A DNA stretch of 63,642 bases, filler included, from Lenisia limosa (lineage: Eukaryota; Protista; Breviatea), in the NCBI GenBank assembly GCA_001655205.1. It is 11 parts of 11 records of this genome, joined end to end, with 100 filler letters (N's around TTAATTAATTAA, not from the genome) between each part and the next. Parts side by side here need not be neighbours in the genome. Positions count along the whole stretch, not along the records: positions 50,083 to 54,806 come from LPNZ01008719.1; positions 54,907 to 60,109 come from LPNZ01010307.1; positions 60,210 to 63,642 come from LPNZ01006015.1; 8 more parts are not named here. The stretch is one strand, 5' to 3'. The first letter of the stretch is position 1, and each line of letters begins with the position of its first letter. The notes beneath the pieces were generated by a model. The model did not search any database. It was not told the DNA's origin and worked only from the letters and a program-made list of their open reading frames with translations. Below are positions 53,201 through 63,642 of the stretch, one piece after another. Position numbers and translations under genes: made by a program.

Positions 53201-54075
53201 TTAGGACCTCTCCAAATCCAAAGCGTATGGAGCATTCGGTCTGGGGGGCGGGGTAAAATTGGATAATTTATGAAACAAAAAAAAGCCCAAATCAACTATG
53301 TTGGCCAAGTGAAACAAAAAAAAAAGGGGGGGGGGGGNNNNNNNNNNNNNNNNNNNNNNNNNNNNNNNNNNNNNNNNNNNNNNNNNNNNNNNNNNNNNNN
53401 NNNNNNNNNNNNNNNNNNNNNNNNNNNNNNNNAATTTATCAAGCAAGAAATAGTAGCGTGAATATAATCAAAATCTCCACCAAAGCCTTCACTTCGATTC
53501 GAAAAAGATCGGTAAAATTCGAGGATTTATCGAGAAATTCGTCGTTTTATTTAAAGCAGGCCGCTAAACTAGATTTATTACGTAATCTTAACCGAGCCTC
53601 AAATCCATGAATTTTGGTCAAAGTAGTCAAAAACACTACCCCAAATCCATGGGGAAACCCTCTCCGAGGTTTCATTCTGGTTTAAAAGAGAAAAAAACTA
53701 CAAAACCCAATTTATCATCATTAGTGTCCTCCCTCATGATCTTCGCAAAAGTCACGACATCCCCTACCACTAGAATTACGCTCACACCACACACTCTCTC
53801 TCATCATTACACCCTCCCGGTTACTGAGGGTTTATCGAGGGTATACCGAGGACTTTTTGGAGAATTACCGAGGATTTATTGTGGGTATACCGAGGATTGA
53901 TCAATAAATTCGTCGTTATTTGATAGAATGTTACAAAACCCACTTGCTCATCATTAGCCTCCTCATGATATTCGCAGAAGTCACAGAAATCCTCTCCCGC
54001 TACGGGCTGAACCGCCCCCTCGGGACATGATGAAATAATGCGTGCCGGGGTGAGGAACTGGCCGGGTTGAGGCTG
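50290..54075 (-). CDS. Cys-rich surface protein fragment with GCC2/GCC3-type (ephrin-receptor-like) repeats and a C-N-x-T-rich stalk
   Basis: CPEGAVQPVAGEDFCDFC, CLTCPAGSFTAGAG, CSSCPPGQYSDGTVCSLCP, then PCNITT..PCNVTVPC..CNISYTC..CNVTTPCNITSEFPCNITH. Confidence 0.7.
52965..53110. repeat. (ATC/ATT)n microsatellite-like tract
   Basis: Runs of CAT/TAT triplets. Confidence 0.85.
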
Positions 54076-54999
54076 AGGGGAAGGGGGGAGTAAAATTATA
54101 ATTGACGAAACAAAACAAAAAGCGCAAAACAACTATGATAAATTTCGCTGAAGAATATTGGCGTAAGGATACTAATCACGAACTGAATAATCTGAAACTC
54201 CAAACAAACAAAGGGGGGTGGTAAACGAAGGAAATTCAATGAAGAATACTGGTGTAAAGGTACAAACATGGGGGGTGTCTTGGTTTACATAATATAATGT
54301 CGGGATGGAGGAGTAAAATTGGAAATTTATAGAACAAAAAAAAGACCAAAATCTATGTTGGTTGAAAACACACCAGGGCTGAGAACAACAAAAACAAAGC
54401 CCTGTCTTTACATACACACGCAGATCTACCCTAATGACATTTTACGCTACTCCCCCATTTCAATGCGTTTATATACAGTGACCGGGATAAGTCTTGACCG
54501 ATATTCCTTGTAAAATCATTGATTAAATCGGTCAGGACTTATCTCCCCCTCTTATAGCAAATAAACCAATACTACAAGGAACATGAATACGCCTCTCCCC
54601 AGGGCGCAGAGGCATGAGATTTTGTGTGGTATCCCTATGTATTTATTTCCCTTTCTGATGTAGCTATTTATTTCTCTTGTTCAAAAAACAAACAAATACT
54701 TACCAAAAGACAAGAAGGGTCAGCAAACTGTTTGTTGCCGTTACAAATACACGACGAGCGATGTAGGTGGAACTCCCAGCGTTTAATGGGATTATTGGAG
54801 GTTCCGNNNNNNNNNNNNNNNNNNNNNNNNNNNNNNNNNNNNNNNNNNNNTTAATTAATTAANNNNNNNNNNNNNNNNNNNNNNNNNNNNNNNNNNNNNN
54901 NNNNNNTATATCATATAGTATTAGTTTTCTCTATTATATCGATATAGTATGTGTATTGATATAATATACTATATCATATGCAGTTAATGAGACGCCTAC

Positions 55000-57900
55000 C
55001 TTGACAAGGCAAGTGAAAATACTGCTACAGAAGGGAGTGGCGTTGTAGGAGATGCTTCTGTGATTTCCTTCAAATCGAAATACATAAAACGCCTGAGCTC
55101 CCTCAATGACTGAAGAGTCAGTATGTTACTCAGTATCGCATAGCTCTCGTATTATTATGAACAAAAGTATCATTATGAGCAATTATGACAAGCAATGCCT
55201 TAATATTACACTTCAAAAGCCTCAAGCAGCCAAAAGTTGGGAAAAACTGTCTTGCCCCCCCCCCCCCNNNNNNNNNNNNNNNNNNNNNNNNNNNNNNNNN
55301 NNNNNNNNNNNNNNNNNNNNNNNNNNNNNNNNNNNNNNNNNNNNNNNNNNNNNNNNNNNNNNNNNNNNNNNNNNNNNNNNNNNNNNNNNNNNNNNNNNNN
55401 NNNNNNNNNNNNNNNNNNNNNNNNNNNNNNNNNNNNNNNNNNNNNNNNNNNNNNNNNNNNNNNNNNNNNNNNNNNNNNNNNNNNTATTGGAATGACAGAT
55501 GAAGTATTGTCGGGTAGAGTGGGGGCCAGGAATAAGAAAAATCTGTACTGAGGGCTCTTTTAACCACTGACGAACCAAAAATGACTTCATTACTAAACAA
55601 AATCGATAAATCTGGATAGAGGTAATGTAGCAAGGTAGTGGCATGAAGAACGTACCCAATGGGCGAATCATAGACGCCGACACAATGAAGGTCGCAATCA
55701 AACTACTGGCAAGCTTCTTCCTCGCCTCAAGTACACATGGTTGTTCTAGGCTGTAAGCAACATGTTTTCCAAAATGAGATGTTTTTTCTCACAACTGCGA
55801 TTTATCTATATCATGCTGAGCTTTTGCATCCGCAAAATTGATGTGTTGTAACATGTTTTGATAATATTGACATGCTTTGATAATAGTGACATGCTTTGAT
55901 AACGCTTACATGTTTTGTTAATATTGACATGCTTTGATAACATTAATATCGAAAAAGTACCTCCCCATACGTAGAGCTGGTTTGAAGACGGTAGTGGCCC
56001 AGGTTTCGACTCGCTTCCTCAAGGCCACGAGGTACTTACTGAATGTCGCGTGTCCGGATGCGGGTGGCCGAGAGCTGCAAATCGTCAAATTGAGGAAATC
56101 GTATCTCGTGTGAAGCTTAAAATGCTATTTATTCCGAATATACCCACTAGTTGTTTAGCGGAACAGCAAAACCCACTTACGCTGCAAAAGACTCGGAATG
56201 CATGCCGGCTATTTGGGTGGCAAAAGAATTATTGGCCGCTGAGGGGGGGGGGGGGGNNNNNNNNNNNNNNNNNNNNNNNNNNNNNNNNNNNNNNNNNNNN
56301 NNNNNNNNNNNNNNNNNNNNNNNNNNNNNNNNNNNNNNNNNNNNNNNNNNNNNNNNNNNNNNNNNNNNNNNNNNNNNNNNNNNNNNNNNNNNNNNNNNNN
56401 NNNNNNNNNNNNNNNNNNNNNNNNNNNNNNNNNNNNNNNNNNNNNNNNNNNNNNNNNNNNNNNNNNNNNNNNNNNNNNNNNNNNNNNNNNNNNNNNNNNN
56501 NNNNNNNNNNNNNNNNNNNNNNNNNNNNNNNNNNNNNNNNNNNTTGCAAAACCCAGATAACACAAAATATTAGGGGGATTATTGCCACGCTAAATTGTTT
56601 CCCAACAGCCCTACCCTGAATGACTGGTGAGATAGAGGAGTGCACGAAGTCAGTGAGCAGTTGCAGCGGCTTCTGAAGGCGATCTGAGACCAAAGTTGGC
56701 ACTGTCGCCATCTGAAAGGTCATATGGTCCAAGAACTGACAATAGCGCGAGTCCTCTGATAAGTAGTTTTTAAAAAAGGTGAGATGAATATGTCAAAAGT
56801 AGTGCTCATCTGAAATGTCGAATACTACAGTATTATCTAAATGAGTAGTTGCGGCGCTCCGTTTTCTGGAATTTTTTTTGTTAATGGCATCCCCACTTTC
56901 CATATTTTATGTTATAGTGTTCCCTTGTTCCAAAAAGAAAACAACCCCGAACTCCTATGATGATTTTTTCCTTTCACAACTTATCCCACTTTGGCAGAGA
57001 TTTTGGACTGGAGATCCAAACAGCAGATGACCAGGTCTATGTGTCTCTGAAGCGTTGCGCCCGTTCCTTTGAGGGATAAAAAAAGAACTGTTGACTATAA
57101 TAAAAAAATAAAAAACAGAAGGTTCCAATGAGGTGGTGGACACTATGAAAGGATTAAAATAGGGAAGAAGGGTCGGGTCAAACCGGTAGCATTTGGTTCG
57201 AGGTCTTCTAAGGAGGTAGAGAGCCGGTCATTGCATCGAGAAGCAAAGAGGGTGATGGCCTGCTCAACTGATCGCACGGCCTGGAACATCATGCTAATAT
57301 CACCACAATCTGGAGCCAGATGATGTTGTCATATGTATAATATTTATGACTCTTTTTAATTGACCAAAATAACCGATTATACATCTACTAGTAATAAATT
57401 GAATATTATCATCTACTATCTTATAGTATACACAGTATATGTACATGTATGTCTACTCTAATCTAGTATACACAAAAATATTAATATACATAATGTGAGA
57501 GAGTAATAATACAATATAGCTATGCATATATACTATCGAAAATCGAAACCTGAAGACCTCACCTTGTCCAAAAGCCGGTGCGAGGATTTGGCAGCAGCGA
57601 GTTCAGAGAGCATAGCCTTTGCCACAGCACCGCAGTCAACCTGGAGGTAAGCAAAACTGATGACAAGCAGTTAACCTGGGGGTAAGCAAAACTGATGACA
57701 ATTCTTGTTTACTGCAGAACTAGGTCCCACGTACCATTGTTGGAGACACTAAGGAGTTAACCGGAAGGGCCAGGTTGACTGGGTCAGTCGCTCGGGATAT
57801 GGATCTCGCAATGTATCTGGGGGGTGAAGGAGTGTCGAGCTTGGGCCAGAAACAGTTTATTTAAATGAGCTTTTTTAGTTCCATCCAAGAACGCCCCTGG

Positions 57901-59810
57901 ACAGACTTCTGTTCCATATCAACGACGGCCTCCCAGACGACGTTGCGACACTCCAGCGCCACGTTCTGAAGTGTCAGAAGGATCATTTCACTTCGGTTCA
58001 AAAAAAGACTGAATTTCTCGATATCCTCGAAAACTAACGATATTTTATCAGTCTTTTTTACCCTCGTCAGAAGGATGGTTGCATTTGCAACCGCCGGACC
58101 TCAACCAGAGGTTGTACTGAAAACAAACACGTAGCTTATTGCTTTTCTGGGACTGACAAAACAGCTTACAGAGTTACCAGAGATGATATCTTGCGCTGCA
58201 GAAACCTCCTTGAAGGCCAGGTTAGCTAGCTTCTCATGCATTTGGAGAATAGCGGGGAATTGAAGAAGGAGGGGAGACTCGTGTGGATCATCTTAACCGT
58301 TAAAACAGAAAACAAGAGGATTTTGATAAAAATCTAATCATTTCTGATACAATAGACTGTAATCCAACACCTACCGTTAATGATAGTACTAAACGCCTTC
58401 GCAACTTCCTTCATAATATCTCTCCAAATAGGGATGGCTTTCTTGTAGTTGCTCCCCTATCAAATATTAAAAGGCCCTCAACATCTATTTAAGTGGCAAA
58501 ATACAAACAGCAATAACTACATTAATGTTCCAGCAAACTCTGTATAAATACAAACAGCAATGACAACATAAATGTTCGAGTAAACTCAGTATGTATAAAG
58601 CCGAATCTGTTTGAAAGAAGAGTTGTCTTAACCCAGCTGCATACCACGAGGGTTGACAGGCTTTCGTATGTCTCCGGGTCCCTCTCAGTGTGCAGGGATG
58701 TTTGAAGGAAGAAAAGCTAGACCATCAGAACACAAAGACAAGCCCTATGTATTTGGCAGAGGTACTAGACAACTGTGAAAACGAAGTTATACACCAAATA
58801 CTTTGGAATAATTCTATATCTGAATGAATTCAACAGCTACACCCCATACCTTTGTGAGGACTTTTGAGAGGTGGGAGTACATTTGTGTCAAAGCGGGTGT
58901 CATTTCAGCGGCACGTAGGGTGGCGGTCTAGAATGTCAATATCGAGTGATCTTTCACACTGCTTAGCTGATAACCATGCATGTGAAAAACACACAATATT
59001 GTACTTTCCGGGTTGACAATGAGCAATACCAAAGAACAGCTCAGTTTTTATTCCAAAGGGAACACATCCTGACCTTGAGAGGGTCAGCTGCCTTGATAAC
59101 GTCCTTGATGGAGTGGAGGGCAGATTTCTTGAGGGCGGCGTAGACTTTGGACACCATGGGGATGAGGGAGTCGAGTCGAGCCTGGCTCCGGAGGGCTCGC
59201 TTGAGTCCCTCACGATCCTATCAAAAGTGAGATGCCAGCGCCACTATGCTTGCATTCCCACAGGATTAAATGTCTTATTCCAACACATCATATAAAAAAC
59301 TGAGGTTCCATCCGAGTGCACCTTCAAAATTAACCTTCCTATAGTTTTGGGATTTCAATTTACAGCCGGCTTAATCCAGTCATGCAATGAGAAATATAAA
59401 AAAACAAGGTTGTATCTGGCCGANNNNNNNNNNNNNNNNNNNNNNNNNNNNNNNNNNNNNNNNNNNNNNNNNNNNNNNNNNNNNNNNNNNNNNNNNNNNN
59501 NNNNNNNNNNNNNNNNNNNNNNNNNNNNNNNNNNNNNNNNNNTATATCCAATCAAGGTTACCTTTTTCATTTTGTGGCAAAAACGGATTTCATTATTGGC
59601 TCCTTCAATCACCCCCCCCCCCACCACCACCACCACATCGAAGACCATGGCCTGCTCAAACAAAGCCCTATGCAAACCAAAGCATCAACGCTATGGGCGA
59701 AAGTATCCGCAGACAGCGATCGAACCGTTGTTGATGCCTTTTGAAGATGGCTGTATTTATCCTCGAGGGCTTTGACCCTCTTCAGCTCATGGAGAGTCAA
59801 AAGCTGCTCT
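55000..59810 (-). CDS. Large alpha-helical multi-exon protein (possibly a CATCHR tethering subunit such as Vps54/exocyst; unconfirmed)
   Basis: At least 12 exons with GT-AG ends (ELKRVKALEDKYSHLQKAS, DREGLKRALRSQARLDSLIPMVSKVYAALKK, VDCGAVAKAMLSELAA...). The gene is well supported; the product is a guess. Confidence 0.55.
55850..55945. repeat. Minisatellite, ~5 x 19 bp
   Basis: ACATG(C/T)TTTG(A/T)TAA repeats. Confidence 0.8.
57632..57701 (-). repeat. 2 x 35-bp tandem repeat spanning an acceptor
   Basis: GCAGT(C/T)AACCTGG(A/G)GGTAAGCAAAACTGATGACAA twice. Confidence 0.95.
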
Positions 59811-60227
59811 ATAGTGGTCAAAGGGGNNNNNNNNNNNNNNNNNNNNNNNNNNNNNNNNNNNNNNNNNNNNNNNNNNNNNNNNNNNNNNNNNNNNNNNNNN
59901 NNNNNNNNNNNNNNNNNNNNNNNNNNNNNNNNNNNNNNNNNNNNNNNNNNNNNNNNNNNNNNNNNNNNNNNNNNNNNNNNNNTGTTGGTTAACAACACAC
60001 AAGGGTTGGTAACAACAAAAACAAAGCCCAGGCCAGTCTTCTGCAGCACCGCATCCCATCACTCCAAACAAAGCCCAGGTCAGTCTTCTGCAGCACCGCA
60101 TCCCATCACNNNNNNNNNNNNNNNNNNNNNNNNNNNNNNNNNNNNNNNNNNNNTTAATTAATTAANNNNNNNNNNNNNNNNNNNNNNNNNNNNNNNNNNN
60201 NNNNNNNNNCCCCCCCCCCCCACCCAG

Positions 60228-63200
60228 CGGCCGGGCATAGTCCTCAGTACACTTGCCCTACTCATCCGCCTTCTTCGCGCCGGCAGTGCCTCATTTACTT
60301 CACAATGGCTCAGAATCGGCGGTCCAGCTATGGTTGAAAACTTGCTCAGGTGGGGGTGATTAAGCTATCTTATTTTCGTCACTGGATGTCTTAATTGAGC
60401 TTTATAATCGAAAGTCTGTTTCTACTCACGTATGTAATTATTATGCTGTATATAGGGCTTCACTTCGATTCGAAAAATACCTGTGAAATATCGATAGCTT
60501 TCGAAGATTTATGTAAAATTCAGTCTTTTTTTCGAACCAAAGTGAAGTCCTAGTTGTATCCATCCCTTCCTCATCGTATGGTCACTAAAAGAAACCCGTG
60601 TTCACCAATGAATAATCAGTAAAAGACTAAATAATATCGCCCGCACTTATGTTCATAATATTCTGGTTTAGTTTACCTCTGGACTGATGTACCCATTGAT
60701 TGAACGGTAAAATATACGGTTAACACCACCCAGGTTGCCCAATTTCCACAAATCCCCGCAAGTACTCTCACTCATCCTCTACGGGCTTGGCCTACCCTCT
60801 GACGAGGATCCCTCCGTGCTACCCCTTGATGCCATACCCATTGGTGGGTTTTCAGTTTTGTGTTCCTTTTTGAGTAAACTCTCAAAACAATATACACTAT
60901 CTCAACTCTCGAAATACTAAAAGAAATCTTCCAAATATGAAAATGGCAATATTTAGCGTATACTAGGAAGATTTTGACCATCGCAGGATATTCTTTCCTC
61001 GGAAGGCCTATGATACCGGAGACATTCTCCGTAGAACTGGTAAGGCCTTTTATTTCCCTTAAAAGCTTTCACTTCTTCTTCTTCCCTTTTAATTGCTTGT
61101 TCATTTTCGTTTTATTTTTGTATTGTTTTAAAAGTGGGAGTCTGGTTAATGATTTTAACACATTTTCTCTACATCCCAGAGAGCCTCTTGGGGTGTTAAT
61201 GTTTCACAAGCTAAATAATTAGAGATGAATATTCAGCAAGGAATAAATTGCTATTGTATGTTACTCACTCCTGGGGTGCAAGAGCACGTCGCCTCTGCCC
61301 GGGCCAAAGACCTCTACAGCTTTTTCGATCTAAATTGAAGGTAAAATAAAAGAAGAAACAATTTTGTTGAGCGTACTTCATACACAGCCTCCTTGGTGGT
61401 AATGCGACCCTCATCAGCTTCAATTACAGGCTACAAAAATTAATCCTGAAACGTCAAAAAGAAACGTCAGACCAAACTACTTCCAACCTTCCGCTTTTCA
61501 CTTGAGACAAAGTCTCATTTCCTTAAGAAGTAAAAAAAACAGACGACATCGGTAAAATTTATCAATATATGTTTATGCATACGACAATGAAATATGTATT
61601 TACCCTTGAGCGCCAGTCATACAACTAAGGACTTCCCAAGACTGAATATTTCAATTTCAATCAACCCTCTCTAAATATTGATATTTACTGGTCTTTATTT
61701 AAGCGTAGTCTTGGACATAACATAAGCATTCATCTTTGACAAATTGATATCAGAGAATCACAGAAATAAAGACAATAAGTAATACACAACATCATAAAGA
61801 AGCACGTTCGGTATACACTACACATACAATCACAATCTACAGGAGCTGTCCTACGGTGGAAACCACTACTTTCTTACCTGAAAGATTAGAATATGAAAAA
61901 AACAATAGAATAAAATATGCCGCCCCCATCACCCTGCTCGTTATCTTGATGTGAGCGTTCTTCTCCTTTGTTGAGATCGGAACCACTTTCCTCTTCTTTG
62001 GGGTGATGGGAGAGGGGGTGCAATTTCCGTTTGCACGTCTTCATTGAAGAAGGAAATTATATCAAGAGTGCTTCAGAGTACAATTAAAGAGACAATCAAT
62101 TTGTTCCATGCTTAGACCTCTAAACTCCAACTATCGATACAATTATATCAATCAACAAGCAGGAGGCCTACACTGTATTCCCTTCAAAATCCTTACTCCT
62201 TAGCCGAAGAAGGCCCTTCCAAAGATCAAGGACCTTCCGCGCCTCCCTCAAGGTACTATTGTGTCCTCATTCTCAACGCTTTCATGGCTCACGGATTGGC
62301 GAATATGGACAAGGTTACTGGGGGTGATGTGAAGATATTGTTTTCCAGATTTACGAAGTCACTGGCCTGGGCTTTGTTTATTATTTTTTTGTTTTTGTTG
62401 TTATCAACACTCGTGTGTTGTCAGCCAACAGAGTTGATCTAGGNNNNNNNNNNNNNNNNNNNNNNNNNNNNNNNNNNNNNNNNNNNNNNNNNNNNNNNNN
62501 NNNNNNNNNNNNNNNNNNNNNNNNNNNNNNNNNNNNNNNNNNNNNNNNNNNGTCCCCTATCCCGCGGGCTTGGTCAAGGCAACTCCAAATCTTGGCCCAT
62601 GGAGGATCGGCAGTGATAACTATCCAGAATTTGGGCCGAATCTTTCGCCAGGTGGGTGACTTTCAGATAAAGTCAATGTTGTATACTGATTGTGATAAGT
62701 CCTGACACGATTGACTAAAGATAAAGCTCAATATCCGCGTCAGGACTTACCACGGTTATATCGATATACATATTACTTTAAATATTATCTGCAAGAAGGA
62801 AAAAATCAATTCAGATGAACACATTAAAATGTATGTGCATATCACCGTTCTCCTCATGACGGACGTGGGTGTTGACTGGATTCAAAACAATTCGGAATAC
62901 TATCACACTTCAATTACATGTTAACCGTGAACACGCCACACTACACTGTTATATTTATGGTTGGGGCATTCGGTCAGAGAGAGGCTATTATTAAGAGGTT
63001 CACTTTTATACATTCACAATTGGACATATCAAGCTTCACAGATGTGACACCATTTTCCTTCTCTTTTGACCAAAATTTTAAATACCTGGCTAGAGTACTA
63101 TTGTAGCTTAATCCCGCCTTCTCTTGTTTTTATTTGGCAATATCTACATGTATATGATATGTATATTAACATAATTTACCACGATACTACGAATATGACA

Positions 63201-63390
63201 TAAGGAAACCCTAAACAAAGCCTCACATCTCAGACCTTCGGGTAGGCCTTGACGGTCCCCGTGCACACACCAGCAAACCCGCCTCACTAAATTGGCAACG
63301 CGTCCGGTCAGTCGGCTGTTTACAGAGTCTCATTAAGGCGGCTGTATCTCACGAGTTTCCCGTGTCTGACTTGGTCTTGCCAAGGCTCCA
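60228..63390 (+). CDS. Hypothetical multi-exon protein fragment (helical-repeat-like)
   Basis: Exons RPGIVLSTLALLIRLLRAGSASFTSQWLRIGGPAMVENLL, LPNFHKSPQVLSLILYGLGLP, DLRVGLDGPRAHTSKPASLNWQRVRSVGCLQSLIKAA with plus-strand splice sites. Confidence 0.5.
60453..60552. mobile_element. MITE family A copy
   Basis: TIRs present; TSD GCTGTATA/GTTGTATC (6/8). Partial or decayed copies also near 2515-2560, 46395-46475, 49905-49982, 52505-52551, 53484-53555 and 57987-58059. Confidence 0.82.
62682..62760. mobile_element. Probable Tc1/mariner-type MITE (family C)
   Basis: Inverted arms ...GATAAGTCCTGAC / GTCAGGACTTA...; related copies at 44335-44365, 45690-45750, 46700-46738, 51569-51630 and 54474-54545 show TA|CA(C/G)TGACC and GTCAGTG|TA ends. 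Confidence 0.65.
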
Positions 63391-63642
63391 GGTTGGCCAT
63401 ATGTGTGTGTTTTTCCTTCCTTTAAAGGTCTTCCTTTCTATGTTCATAATATGAACCCCTCCCCCCCCTCTGGGCTTTGTTTGTTTTTTTGTTATCAACC
63501 CTTGTGTGTTGTTAGTCAAATCAGTTGGTTTGGGTTTTTTTTTTTCATAAAGTTTCCAATTTTACTCCGCTCCCCTCTACTTCCCGAACGAAATACTCAC
63601 TTTTTTACTCCCAAACGCCACTCATGTCATCTTATGTGGGTG

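Noticed and set aside
49108-60161. Long ORFs in the track containing X runs
   Set aside because: Their length comes from reading through N gaps; not evidence of coding.
1-63642. rRNA, tRNA or autonomous transposase genes
   Set aside because: None recognised by eye; tRNAscan-SE, Infernal and a TE-protein search would be needed to exclude them.

Overview
Draft-assembly DNA from an intron-rich, flagellated eukaryote (organism not identifiable from sequence alone). Introns are GT-AG and some are only 27 nt long. TAA and TAG act as stops, so the code looks standard. The window is not one contiguous locus: ten artificial 100-bp spacers (44 N + TTAATTAATTAA + 44 N) join 11 pieces, and many internal gaps sit next to G/C runs. 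Genes reconstructed by hand across introns: CFAP46 (central-pair protein), a TlpA-type thioredoxin with a SAP/ARMET-like tail, a membrane class I cyclic-nucleotide phosphodiesterase, neutral ceramidase, a probably inactive class III cyclase, TM9SF, a TKL kinase, ESF2/ABT1, a fibrinogen-like protein, a Cys-rich surface protein and several hypotheticals. The most unusual signal is in intron architecture. (1) A dispersed, sense-biased repeat family whose C-rich end forms the 3' splice site of many unrelated introns (introner-like). (2) Repeated tandem duplications of splice junctions whose units are either frame-neutral or are themselves GT...AG mini-introns. (3) An intron carrying a 23-nt copy of an exon from the same gene. 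A hAT-type MITE family (8-bp TSDs visible) and a probable Tc1/mariner-type MITE family are also present. All homology calls come from recalled motifs, not database searches.
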